From assembly GCA_949358305.1 (NCBI GenBank), contig OX442314.1, forward strand, positions 8,618,001 to 8,682,000: a stretch of 64,000 nt of DNA. Direction: 5' to 3'. Below the pieces are notes generated by a model. It did no database searches. It had not been told where the DNA came from and saw only the letters and a list, made by a program, of their open reading frames with translations. Positions within the stretch are counted from its first letter, which is position 1, and every line of letters begins with the position of its first letter. Positions 22,301-33,331 of the stretch are shown here, one piece after another. Made by a program: the position numbers and the translations under genes. The stretch comes from Strigamia acuminata (taxonomy: Eukaryota).

Positions 22301-23811
22301 AACGTGGCTAGCCCCTGAACATGCATGTGGGCAAAACGCTTATGCCACGTGTCGACCGAAACTGCAAAACTTTGCACAACAGGTGCAGGTTGTTGGGAAA
22401 CAATTTCATAATTTGGACTCTTGCTCTGCAATTGCTCAATTCGTTTTACAACATTTTGTTCAATCAATGGTAAAACCTGGGTAACATTTTGTGAAATTGG
22501 ATTAACAATGGTATTTGACACATTTTGATTCATTTGAACCTGGCCTTGGACACGATACAATCCATCTGTCTGCCTGTTCGCTAACAATAAACACTCTTTG
22601 TTGTTTTGTAAATACACTCTCAACACACCATTGTAAATGTGTTGATTGAACCCTGCTTCATCAATTTTAGCACTCGAAATTAAATTGCGTTTGAAACCCT
22701 TGACAAAATACACATTTATTAAGTCCACATGGTTGTGGATTCCATTCGCAAATGTGCTGATGTTTACAGCACCACAGCCAGTAATACTAGCTGTGCCCTG
22801 GCCCAATTGTAATTTGGTTGGAGGTAATGACTTGAAAGTCTGAAAATATTCCAATTTTCCACATACATGGTCTGATGCGCCGGAATCCACAAACCATGCG
22901 TCCTCATCACATACTTTTTCAATTGAATTGGACACACTTTCCCCCAAAAATGATGCATAAAAGGCTCCACGCAAACCCTTGCCTCGTTGGGGCTGTCCGC
23001 GCCCTTTGCCACGTCCACGAGTGTTGTCCTGTTGTTTTGTATTTGGCATTTGACAGTTCCGTGCAATATGTCCCTTTTCGTGGCAATTGTAACATAAAAT
23101 ATTGGAAAAGTTGCTCTTACCTCCTTTGTTGTCTTGTTTCCTCGATCCTTGCTGATTGTTGGAAGCACTGACACTGAGAGCACTGGATTCCATCGTTGGA
23201 GAACTCGTTCCTGTCGTGTATCGACGACGTGCACTCTCGGCAAGCAATGCCTCGGAAACTTTATCAAACGTGAAGTCCCCGTCACTCCACTGGTAAATAG
23301 CCTGCACTTGATGTTCGTAGTCTTTACGAATTCTATTTATTAAAGTATAGGCTTTTACTTTGTCATTCGGCTCTTGTTTTATTGATTTCAATTCGTCGGC
23401 TGCCAATTCGACACGTGTGATAAACGTATCGACTTCCTCTTTATCGCCGCAACGTATCGTGTAGAAATCCTCGAGAATCTTTGCATTTCTCGCGACTGAC
23501 GTGGGTTCATGCAGCTTTTTCAGGTAATCCCATACCTCTTTCGATGTATCCAGCTTTAACAGCGACGGTTTCAGTCTGGTTGCGACGCTGTTGCACAAAA
23601 TTCCACGTGCACGAGCTTTCCGCTTCTCGTATTTCGCCAAATCCGCTGCCGACGTTCCATCCGGCGGCGCTTTAATTGTTTCGTCGTGGAATCCCCACAA
23701 ATTGAGTTCCTGAAGCAACAATTGAACGTCCACTTTCCACGTCTCGTAGTTGTTTTTGTCAAGCGGCGCGATTCCTGCCGCCGCCGACGCCGCGCTTCCC
23801 TTCGACGCCAT
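19390..23811 (-). CDS. Copia gag-pol polyprotein, 1473 aa (gag/CCHC, protease, integrase, MBD, RT, RNase H)
   Basis: CYNCHEKGHIARNC; WFVDSGASDH; WHKRFAH...CDSC; DVWGP/TDRGGEF/NGIAER; MBD-like GWDR...AGRIDV...FDF; YVDDM; YTDASWA. Confidence 0.97.
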   Translation of the reverse strand: MASKGSAASAAAGIAPLDKNNYETWKVDVQLLLQELNLWGFHDETIKAPPDGTSAADLAKYEKRKARARGILCNSVATRLKPSLLKLDTSKEVWDYLKKLHEPTSVARNAKILEDFYTIRCGDKEEVDTFITRVELAADELKSIKQEPNDKVKAYTLINRIRKDYEHQVQAIYQWSDGDFTFDKVSEALLAESARRRYTTGTSSPTMESSALSVSASNNQQGSRKQDNKGGKSNFSNILCYNCHEKGHIARNCQMPNTKQQDNTRGRGKGRGQPQRGKGLRGAFYASFLGESVSNSIEKVCDEDAWFVDSGASDHVCGKLEYFQTFKSLPPTKLQLGQGTASITGCGAVNISTFANGIHNHVDLINVYFVKGFKRNLISSAKIDEAGFNQHIYNGVLRVYLQNNKECLLLANRQTDGLYRVQGQVQMNQNVSNTIVNPISQNVTQVLPLIEQNVVKRIEQLQSKSPNYEIVSQQPAPVVQSFAVSVDTWHKRFAHMHVQGLATLLKSEETTGLDFTGNLNNFACDSCRIAKSTRANYKVRDDRERGEPLELLHIDVWGPNPTTSLGGARYLLCIVDDATRFSWVYPMKTKDEAFPIFKTFLARVERRSNRKVHEIRTDRGGEFCSKEFDSFLQQKGIGAQRTNPYSAQMNGIAERLNRSILNNVRAIIEDTNLPWILWAELAVSYIYLKNRYPHLFAKGQIPYIKFRQRSMAVKHLRAIGSLCFVHIPKPKRASKLDSRAWKGILVGYAFTTRGYRVWNPITNEVVETKHLVIDESRDWKSFNAVDINVQQPDLDTNGYDSDESGLYQQEFHDPMPPTTPPGSPPVMRKVPAPLAQVPPQVGPMAQAPIPTQPVQGGAKVKKPRIATRTTDADGWDREQVTRQGGVTAGRIDVLFYAPDGTGPLKTKKDVEAYCRGNRIFFNPLKFDFTPVKEPINTIEQSSDEEPMETVLTATTPPISVYCAVTQPKTYEEAASSPQSKEWREAMEEEIETLQEREVYEEVPRPKAKVLGHKWVYKLKPDEDGNIVRYRARVVAQGFRQTQGVDYTEVFSPVVNFTLIRLFFCLLVILRGWVDVHLDVKCAYLYGKLDCPIHMEIPQGFKTPGTDNVWLLYKSLYGLHQSGRMWFEELNTSLLDLGFTKVIGCNCVYTFDRNAVLLIYVDDMILFAKDVETQSALIDLIKQKFNIVNLGRITKLLGVKFYRENGKVCLHQKHFIDKLAVKFNLTQNTKVRVPIAAGSTFNHNVKEVDPNSDFPYRSLVGSLMFLASRTRPDILYSTIYMSQFNTSYTQKHVKALVQIAQYVVNTKNYCVNLSKCINTDLRIYTDASWATDLHHCKSFGGFALFMGDALISWGCRKQSSVACSTMEAEYLALVHAVQEGYWLSSIFESCVLFDYINMPIVYSDSLSSIQFVENDLENSKTKHIRIRYCFLRDWFEKKYFSIEKIPTKWNLADLFTKWLPQDRLKDLCADMLDV
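21028..21199 (-). other. Methyl-CpG-binding domain (MBD) inside the Copia polyprotein
   Basis: DADGWDREQVTRQGGVTAGRIDVLFYAPDGTGPLKTKKDVEAYCRGNRIFFNPLKFDF aligns to the MBD consensus GW.R....R..G..AG..DV....P.G...R/KSK.E/D...Y....FDF. Confidence 0.88.
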
Positions 23812-23858
23812 TTTTCCGTCGTATCGTCGCTATTTTCCGTCGATATCGGGTTTTAGCA

Positions 23859-23877
23859 GAACCATCCTCTGCTACCA
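23859..23877 (-). promoter_or_regulatory. Copia primer-binding site (initiator tRNA-Met)
   Basis: TGGTAGCAGAGGATGGTTC immediately follows the 5' LTR. Confidence 0.9.
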
Positions 23878-24736
23878 TGTAGGACACTCGCCAAAATATT
23901 CATAAACGCAGTGGAAATAATAAAATACCCGATATATGAATGTCCTATCCAATAAATCGTCAAACGTCGGGCGGCGCGTCGTTAGGCTTTCCGGCGATGC
24001 GTATGCTCGGCGTCGTTCGCGTTGTGGAAACGTTCGCTCCTCGGGACGTGTATTCAACGTGAAATACAACGAAAATAAATATAAAGTTTTGTAAAATAAA
24101 TGTACTCACATGTGATAATGTTATATTATCACATATTAACCAATGTGAAACCAATGTCTGGGTTTCAGAATCCAAGCTGTGTTCAAATGTAGTTGAATCT
24201 TAAATGTAATGTCCAAAACTGTTAGTTTTCCATGCCTAGAAAATAGGTGAAGTTGGTCCAATCTGGGCCTATTTTCATGAATGTATAATGAGGTGTCTGG
24301 CAGAAGAAAAACACACGTACACGGTTGAAAACTAAAACAGAATGAATGACTTTTATTCTGGTGACGTCATTGAATTTACACACAGTACAAATCTTATGAC
24401 AAAACGAAAAAGATAATAAATAAAGATACAATCTCTCACCACGATGATGTCATTGCTTTGACATCATCACCACAGACTAACACGTTACGAGAACATTAAC
24501 ACATTTCGTGTGGCGCCCTCGTACCGCATACAAGCAACAACACTATAACATTTTACATCAAATAAGCCGAAATTCATCCAGTTTATACAATAAACGATCA
24601 ACATATATCAAACCATTTACTGACACAAATATGCTTTCACAATTTCGACTTAAGACTCTAAATTCTCGTATTTAAACAATGTTATACAATTCAATTATCA
24701 GATTTTAACGTCTAACAATTATCTCTTTATGTAACA

Positions 24737-27003
24737 AGTACTGCTTGCTTTAGGCGTCAGCATTCGTCCGAAGGATGCTTCGGTGAGACTCATTATGCCG
24801 CTCAAATATTCACTTGGCCTCATTAATTTCTCTGAGGTCTTGTGACGTTCGGCGCTCGTCTGTAGCCGTTTCTCGTGCGCGTCAGCTTCTTCCGGGGGCA
24901 GAGTGGCGTAATACCGCTGTTCTATTTCTAACGTGTTTGTTAGAAGATAGTTACTGACATCTTGGTAATCGCCAGTGCGGGGTGCACGCATGTCTAGCAG
25001 AATTCTTTGCGAGTGGGCCGATAATCCTCCGTAAAAGATCATCGTAAAACCAGCGGGGTTTATTTCATACGGCGCTCTCGCAAACAGGAGTTTCGCTCGG
25101 GCGTCGTAGTCGGCTAATGTCTCTCCTGGGGCTTGTCGTAGACCACGTAATTTGTTACTGATCTCGTCTGGAGTCTCGCCGTATCGGAGATCGAAACGGA
25201 CGAGAAAATCGTCCCAGGTTGGGTTTTTCAGTCCCTGATACCATTCTCGAGCTGACCCCGTGGTTAACTCCACTAGACCGTGGGTTAGCATGTCGGCGAC
25301 GGTGGCTTTTGTCGCTTTCTTGATACGCATTACTTCGTCCAGGAAGCGGTCTCCGGCCTTCCACGAACCGTCAAACCGCGTTTGAATATAGTGTTGCCAG
25401 CGGATGTTACCCGTGGCTTCACCGCTTGGTTCGTTGCGAACGCCATATTTGCGCTTAACCCTTTCTCCTGCGCGGTTATGCTCGTCGCCTGGATGGCCTA
25501 GATCGATTCCTTCTCTTCGGAAAGAGTTCAGCAGGGCTCGGCCTAGCTCAGACATCGTGTAATGTCGGCCAGATGAGTCCTGAAAGTTCCCTTCCTCCGA
25601 ACGAGGGTTGGAGCTCCGGGAGGAGCGGTTCGAAGCATTCGGCCGGTTCGACCGGTGCCCATCGCTGCCTTCTTGACTCCTCCCTGTAGACGGTCGACTC
25701 GGATGGTCGTCGTCTGACGAATCGGAGGGCTCGGAGGGATCTCCTTGGGGGTGAAACCTCGGCCCTCTCGGTGGGGTCTCTCCGCCAGCCTTCTTCTGTT
25801 TCGAGCCTCCGGATGGCGGCGGCTCCTCTCCGTCGTTGTTCTCGTAAAAAGAATGCCATCTGTTTTCCTCGCTTTCGGGGCGTTCCCGGTTTTTATTTGC
25901 GTTTTTCTTTTCGAGTAACGCGTCGATGGCTGCTCCCGTCTCGGATTTTTTTGAGGGGTGACGGTCTTTTGCTTTTGGGACCGACCCGTCTCTCTTTTGA
26001 GATTTCCCCTTTTTCGTCGTTTTTGCCGGCTTCGTTGCATCTTCTCCTGTGTCGGTATCAGAGCCGCTGGGGGGTTCTGACTTCCGTTTCAGGTTTTCTT
26101 CCTTTTTCTTCCTGTCCGAAACGTCTTGTTCGTACTCTTTTTGGAACTTTTCTGTTTCTTTTTCCCAGTTTTCGGCTTCCCATCTTTTTTGCTCGTCTAT
26201 TATGGCTTGCTTCTTTGCTTTGTACTCTTCGGTCCATCTGTCTCGTTCCCATTCTTCTTTCTCTTTTAGAAACTGCTCTTTTTCTTTTCTGGCTTCCTCT
26301 TCTCTCAACCTCTCGCGATGTTGTTCTTCCCATTTCTGATGTTGTAAAATGGCTTCTTTTCGCAACATTTGTAGCTTTTCTGCTTTTCTTTGAGCTACGA
26401 GCGCTTGAAATTGGTCCTCGTACTCTTGAGCTTCTCGATGTCGCCCTTCTACTGTTGCGTTCCATTCTTTTCGAATTTTAGCTTCTCGTTCTTCCCTCAT
26501 TTTTTGGACTAGTTTCTCTGTTCTCTCGGTGGTTCTTCTCTCGCGTTGCTCCCTTTCTTCCTCTTCCTTCCAGAGTTCTCGCCGCTCTGCGCTCAGTCTT
26601 CGTTGGCGATTAATCGCTTCTTGTCTGGCTTCTTCGCGGGCTTTCTCTCTGGATTCGTGAAGTGCTCGGTTGGGGTCTGGCGCGAAACCTCCGGTGTCAC
26701 TGGGCGTTACCTGGGGCATGGGCGTCTCCGCTGCTGGTCTTGCGACCGGCGTCGGGGCTTGTGCCGCGCAGATAGCGTCCGTGATTAGAGTAATCGATTC
26801 CCAGACTGATGTTCCTACTGGAATGTCTATCATCGCTTTTAGTTCTGCGCCTTCGCTCTCCTTTTGTTCGCTCGGGCTTTCGCCTTTGCGGACATTTCAG
26901 GGACGGGACCATCCGACCTTAGGTGGTAGTCGGAGGTCCTTTTTCCCTTCTCGGGCATTCTCTGCTCGGTTTCAGACGCGGATTGTTCGTCTTTGTCTGA
27001 CAT
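24737..27003 (-). CDS. gag: Gypsy gag N-terminal part (coiled-coil-rich, then capsid-like); probable 1-nt frameshift near 26895
   Basis: A 704-aa ORF runs from 26833 with an E/K/R-rich region and the capsid-like GSAREWY...TWDDFLVRF...LRQAPGETLADYDAR. An upstream ATG at 27003 opens MSDKDEQ...YHLRS in another frame. Confidence 0.85.
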
Positions 27004-27075
27004 TTTCTTTCGATATTTCTACGATTTGGGTTATCTTATTGAGAGATCACAAGTTCAGATTTGAGATTTATTTCT

Positions 27076-27095
27076 AAATCCCGGACGGGCCCCCA
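27076..27095 (-). promoter_or_regulatory. Gypsy primer-binding site (tRNA-Pro)
   Basis: TGGGGGCCCGTCCGGGATTT starts 2 nt after the 5' LTR, with one mismatch to the classical tRNA-Pro PBS TGGGGGCTCGTCCGGGAT. Confidence 0.85.
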
Positions 27096-27097
27096 CG

Positions 27098-27919
27098 TGT
27101 CGCGTCCTACTTTGTATAGGTTTAAATAGCGCTAACGTGTAATACTTTACCTGTGATCAATTATGCAAATACCCAAATGAATACCAAATGTATGTAAATA
27201 AACAGGTAATTTATTCACCAGGCTTTATGCCTTTAAAATACACTCAGTAATAATTCTAGAGTCGACGTGGTCAGCGTCGAACAAAGGATTTCTCAAGATG
27301 GCGTCGTCGATTCCGCGTGGTCGGCGGAACAAAGGCGGCGTCTCGAGTTGTCGTTAATTCGTCACGGATTCGTCTTCACGGACGCGGTGGAATGCTCTTT
27401 CGAGTCTTCTATCCGTGCCTGTTGTCTAGGGTTTGGTTTAGCGTCGCAGAGGCCTCGTCTAGGAACTTTGGGGTTCCCTACAAAGCACTCGGACACTTAC
27501 TTCGGCGAATAATCGTCTGGGCGATTATTCTGGGTGATTTCACAAGGGCTATTCTCGTGCTTTCGCAGGAATGGCTCGCAAGTGACTTCGTGAGAGTTAC
27601 AGTTTGCACTTTACTCAGCGATCCTCGATCAATCCTAACTTGTAGTTGAAGTTGGCCTGACGGTGAGGTAGTTGCTGTGTTCTTGGTGTCGTTTGTGTAA
27701 GTTCTGACTTTAGGCGGGAAACACAGCCTTTTATGCAGTGGGGTGAAGGGCCGGCGATCAACCAATGGGGGCTGACCACCAGCCGCTTCCTCCCCCTCGG
27801 GGCACACACCTGCCATGGGGAGGTGGAGCCAACTCGGGGGGGGAACGACTCTTCAATCACAGTGACTCAGAGGACAAGTATCCGCCCTGGGGGGACACTT
27901 ATCCAACTGGGTCACCACA
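27098..27919 (-). repeat. Gypsy 5' LTR (822 bp)
   Basis: Direct repeat of 9159-9982, adjacent to the PBS. Confidence 0.95.
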
Positions 27920-28361
27920 AAGTCAAAACACTCGAAACATTTTCATTAGGTGCGTGTTTTCAGTTTATTTCAGTTGGAACTCGTCGTCTTCCACTACATT
28001 TGTTTGAAATTAATGCAAAAGAAAAATTTATTCTGGCGGTTATTGCTTTCAACAAATTATGGTTCAGTTTGACGATGTTAGCTATCGAATCTGCCATGTT
28101 GTATTTCAGTTATAAAAATATAACTTAAATATTTTACTGAATATTTCTAACAGAAAACATAACATTTAACACCAAAAAATAAACAAATAAACAAAAAACA
28201 TTTATAGATTATCTTTTCATCTTTTCTAATTTAAACAACATCGCTTTAGTAATAGAAACTGCCATCAGATGGCGAATAAATACACATGATTTACAGTTTA
28301 CACTTCGATTTGATCTACAGATTTCACCACAACGCATGAAATTTTAAAATTTAAAATCAAT

Positions 28362-29028
28362 ATGATGGAGGAACGAGAAGGTATATGGAAGTGCTGGATT
28401 TCCTCTGAAAAATCATCCTAAACAGGTAGTGCCATTTTGTTTAATTTAGTTTGTTTTGATTCACCATTTTAAGTGCTCTTAATTTTGCTCTTTGTTTTAT
28501 TTTATTTTATTAAAAACGAAATATTTTCTCCGCCATGGCAACACACGGCTTGTGATAGGTAAACGTGTGGTTGCGGGTTTTAGTGACAGCCGACACTCGC
28601 TATCCTAGGTTTTCCCGTCACTGCAAGAGTCACCCCGCGCCATTTGCCGTTGAAAATATCGTTTTCCGTTCGTCGTTTTGTCAGATTTGAGGTAGATTGC
28701 GTCCTTACTGAAATTACTAATTGTAAACATGATTTTAATTTGATTTATTTTTATTAGTTGGCTGATATAACCAGGGATTCCTGGTTAATACTGTCATAAG
28801 ACAGGCTGAAGGTAACCTCGGTCATCCAAGTTGAAATGTAATAAATTGAACTTATCTACTAGAATACTCTCAGCAAAGTCTTATTATTTATAAAACCTAA
28901 TGTTTCACTCCTTTTAATTCCAGAATGTTCATTTTCAATTGATTTTTTGAGCGATAACCTGCTACCATCAGTGGTATAGTTTGCAAACTGAACATTTTCT
29001 GCACTCACTACGGAGTCTCGTTAGTTTT
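28362..29028 (+). repeat. Cassette copy 2: MULE 3' remnant plus zinc-finger upstream region
   Basis: Colinear with 5464-6120. Confidence 0.8.
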
Positions 29029-31183
29029 CACTGCAAAAAAAATTAGATTTTCGTTCATGAAATATTTTGGAAATATAACTGAAATGCGATATTTCCAAAC
29101 CCGAAAGTTATATATTCCAAATTGTACAAACATTGAATTTCCAATGTCTTTCCAACACTGAATGCAACCGTTTCCATACTACTTTTTATAGCATGATATA
29201 TTATATTTCCAAACAGTTAAACACATATTTCTCAACCTGTAAAGTTAAGATTTCCAAATGTGAAATATGAGTTTCCCATCAATAAATAACAACTTTCCAA
29301 ATATAAAATTTGATATTTCTTTTTTAATAAAAATTCTAAATAAGTTAAATCTCAAAATAAATCTCATAAAAATAAATCCCTGAAATTTCCATAAAAATTC
29401 AATGCATCTTGAAAATATGCAGAGGATTCATTCCTGACTCCTAAATCCTGAATTTGTTTCTGAATCCTGAATCCTGAATCATAAATTCTGAATTCATAAA
29501 TCCTGAATCCAATAATCTTGAATTCTGAATTCTTAAATCCTGAATCCAATAATCTTGAATCCTGAATATTTAAACCAAGGCTATGATTATAGCCTCAATA
29601 CAAAAAATTAGCAAAATCAACTGAAGGCAGTGATAGAAACTCGCATTGAAATGATGGTGTAACAAATTCTAGAATCAAATTAAAATGTTACACTACAAGA
29701 TTTGTGTCAACTTTTTAATTTATCTAACTCTAACAATAATAATCTAATTATTTGTTGACGTACAAAGGATAAAATCAATCCCATATTTAAAAAATATAAA
29801 TTTTGAATTAGTTTTGAATTATTTTCGCCATCTGGTGATAAACCCATACATTTTACAAGCTGGAAACTGTAGCCAGCAGGTCGCGGTGACCGTTGCTGGT
29901 GGCTGAGCATTGTAGAAAAAGGAGCGGACAAACAGACATCTGAACTAAATCGGAAATTAGAAACAATAATACGTGAGTTCCGCGGGCAAAATCAAGGTTC
30001 TAATCGGGAAAGTGGGATCGGGAGCGAGTAACACTCAAAATGGCGGACGAGCCAGACGTGACTCGCACCAAGACGACGAATCGGGCTGCTGGCGGAACGA
30101 AGAGGCAGGAATCAACGACATCAAACAGTGGGATCGAAAGGCAGGTAGGTGATGAACTTTATTGGTTGGTTGAACGGACGCAAAACGTTCTTTTATTGCA
30201 GGCTTGGAACGGGCAGAACCGAAGAGCGCTGATCGCTCCAGGAGCGAGCGCTCGATATCGAGCAGACAACGACTCGTGTGTGGCCATTGACGACGAGAAA
30301 CGGACGCGAGCGAGCCGTTCCCGGTGTCGCCACGGAGTCAGATGAGTTCTAAATTAACGTCCAGCCAAGGGAATAAAATTAAAAAGGCTCGTTACTCATT
30401 TCAGGGAGCAAAGAAGACCCGAAACCCGATTAGCGGCCATTACGAGGCGAAAAACGAGACAAGACCGACCCGATCACGGCGCACGACAAGCAGCGAGCGG
30501 AACCGGTAAAAACAAAATTAAAATCTGAATCTAGCAAGTAACTTTGTTAAACTAAACACTATAATTGCAGGTGTCGGAGCAGACATCGATCGACGGAAAG
30601 GCGAAGGCACGAGCGCGAAACTCTGTGCTGTTCTAACGAACAATATGAAAGACGGTAAATTTAAAGCAGGTGCGTAATTAATTCGAAAACTGTCACAAAC
30701 AACTAATTGGTTTGACTACAACTTTTCTATTTTTCCATTCAGAAAATGAGACGAGAATGTGTTGGAAAGCACATTACTTCAAGAGCGAAAAACAGCTAAA
30801 GATTCCAGTTGAGAAAGGATCGCTTGCAACAAAACATAGGATCTTCAGTCATTAATTTTCAGGCTTGTAAAATGAATGGAAATACAAATTTCCAAATCTA
30901 ATTTACATTAACTTTCCATACAATTACAATAATTTGCAACATCATCTTTCAGTGTGGAAAATTTACAGAAATTTAAATTTCCAAACCTAATTTACAAGAG
31001 CTTTCCATACATTTAACAAAAACTTACAACATCATCTTTCAGTGTTGGAAATTTACAGAAATTCAACTTTCCATAAAATATTTCCCATTTTCTTTCCATT
31101 ATATTTTCAAACTGGAATTTAGCCAATTTAACTATTAACTTTCCAATGACTTTTTTTTTTGAAATCTAAAATTTTTTGCAGTG
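29029..31183. mobile_element. Non-autonomous CACTA/EnSpm (CMC)-like DNA transposon
   Basis: TIRs CACTGCAAAAAAAAATTAGATTT / AAATCTAAAATTTTTTGCAGTG. It is inserted in the T-run of the zinc-finger leader (2-3-bp TSD, ambiguous), has many subterminal TTTCCA motifs and an internal CTGAATC array at 29430-29570. Confidence 0.75.
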
Positions 31184-33313
31184 TTTTTAATAAACAAAAT
31201 GAAGAGAAAACAACTGCGTTACGATTGCAATCTGTGTGATTCTACGTGTTCACGTTATTCAAGTTTGAAGAACCACATGCTTATACATACTGGTGAAAAG
31301 CCCTTCAAGTGCCAGGTGTGTTCAATGCCTTTTATAGCTAAAAGCACGTTAGTTGTCCACGTGCGAACTCACACGGGAGAAAAACCATTATGACGGTTTA
31401 CAATGGCTATAAATGCCTATTTTCTATCAAGAAAGCGCTGTTGCGCCAATATGATGGTATTTTTACAATATTCTGTGTAAAACTGATAAATGTCTAGAAT
31501 AAAGTCATTTATGATGTTTCAAATACAAAGATGTTCGTTTATTAAGAATAAACACTAATTTCCACATGATACTAAAGTATCACGGCATAATTACGAAGAT
31601 TCGTCTGCTAAAACCCGCATTTGTCAATGCTCCATATTGCCACTAGATGGCGCGATCGCAATTAGCGATAAATTCGAATACGAACTTGAAAACCTCATGA
31701 TTAAATATAAACGTATATTTAATCAAGTGAATAAATTGTGTTAAATATTAATATAAATATATATTAAATATCTGACATTGTTAAATACAATGTAACTTCC
31801 ATTTCTGCGGGACAGAATGTTTAGCGATCAATCGGTCAACCGATCAATCTGATTGGTGGAACCCATTTCCGGTCCTGGGTATCCAGTTCCGGTTGTAACA
31901 AGGATTAGCATAATTTGCATAAATGCTCCTCCGTATCCACTTCCGGTGATACGGGATTGGAGGGATTCGTGGAACCCATGTTCCAATTGGATGACTGGAT
32001 TAATCCTTAAATCCAGTCAGGTTATATAAACCCAAACAATCGGCCATTCCGCAGCTCTGTTTGATTATTTTCTGTTTGGTATTGTTACTTAAGAAATATG
32101 ATTCGTTGTTCACGTAAAAAAACCTTTTGGTTCTTTGTTGATTTATTCGCAAAGAACCGTTGCATGATTCTACAGAATCATGCCACCGCCGGCAATTGAA
32201 GTCGAAGTGCTGGGATCATTATGTTGCATAAATGTTACAGTTTACGGTTGCGACGCCGAAGGAGAACCCGCCGTTGTGCAATTCAGTATCCTCCGGACAG
32301 GACCAAGTTGTCTTTTTCGGTATGAACGTATTCCGTTACCACGAGTAGCATCGGTATTGTTGAGAATCGGTTCCTTCACCTGATGGTGCCAAAGCAGTCT
32401 GTTTTACAGTAACCACGAGTAGCACCAAGTGTTTGGCAAGCTGATTCTCATGGTATTCGATGCCAAAGCAGTCGGTCTATTATTAGTACCGCGAGAGATA
32501 AAACTGCTGTGCGGAGCCGCGAGCTATCGACCCCTGTGTACGTGGTACCGTCAACCACTCGATGGACGACCGTGCTGCGACGCCAGGGACGCTTGATACC
32601 GTTCTGCATGGCAAGGCGTATATTCTTTCGACGGCAATTGTGTGTTGCGACGGGAAGCCTAATCTTCATTTTATTTATAACAGCTAAATATTAACTTGGC
32701 GACAAGTTGATTAACCAAGTCAGAAGACTTAATTACGATCACGATTACATCAAAGACGCAAATGTAACTGATAAGTTGATGACAACTTATCCACAAAAAT
32801 ATCTAAATAAGAATTCACAACGATATGAATTAAATATAATTCATAAGCGGAATATTGATAAGTAAATGAATACATTTACTTACACCAATATCCTCCCAAA
32901 GTTGTGGCGGTGCAGACAAAGTCAACCGCAATGCTCAGATCATTCGATTTATCGACGTGCGATAATTTACACAGCGAACCAAGGAAACCAGCGAAGCCAT
33001 ATCGGACTCCAGGACACAGCCATCCGGCTTAGATGACATCTGTAAACCAGGTCGAGCGATGGGGAAACCGCTCCCTTATCCCAGACACGTAATGATATTA
33101 TTTTAGGACCAATTGGCCTATGCTTTGTATAGTTTAATAGTCAGTTAACTTGCCAAATGTTGGCATTAGTCTTATGTATAATTTAGCTCACTGCATATTG
33201 TTTGCCAACAATAAATTGTCTTGTATTTATCTCGTATTGTATTCACTGTTATTTATCGCGATCTCTTCCCGGTACCATTGTTAAATGGGAGTTGTGGTCG
33301 TCACCGTCACACG

Positions 33314-33331
33314 TGGAGGTCCCACCGAGAT
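33314..33331 (+). promoter_or_regulatory. Primer-binding site (tRNA-Gln)
   Basis: TGGAGGTCCCACCGAGAT starts 2 nt after the LTR. A second perfect copy lies at ~33549-33566. Confidence 0.85.

Larger units (their letters stand above)
18496..24736 (-). mobile_element. Intact Ty1/Copia LTR retrotransposon carrying an MBD (CopiaMBD-type)
   Basis: 859-bp LTRs at 18496-19354 and 23878-24736 (no difference noticed by eye), 5-bp TSD AGTAC (18491-18495, 24737-24741), initiator tRNA-Met PBS, PPT AAGGAGGTGAT and a single polyprotein ORF. Confidence 0.97.
9159..27919 (-). mobile_element. Ty3/Gypsy LTR retrotransposon (contains the nested Copia at 18496-24736)
   Basis: LTRs at 9159-9982 and 27098-27919 (TG...CA), 4-bp TSD AAGT (9155-9158, 27920-27923), tRNA-Pro PBS, PPT, gag, and pol in PR-RT-RH-IN order. 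Confidence 0.97.

Noticed and set aside
9328..27860. Many short overlapping or antisense ORFs within the Gypsy and Copia elements and their LTRs
   Set aside because: They are shadow frames of GC-rich coding DNA or duplicated LTR sequence, with no motifs.
23859..33331. tRNA genes at the tRNA-complementary sequences
   Set aside because: Only 18-20-nt PBS matches adjacent to LTRs; there is no cloverleaf.
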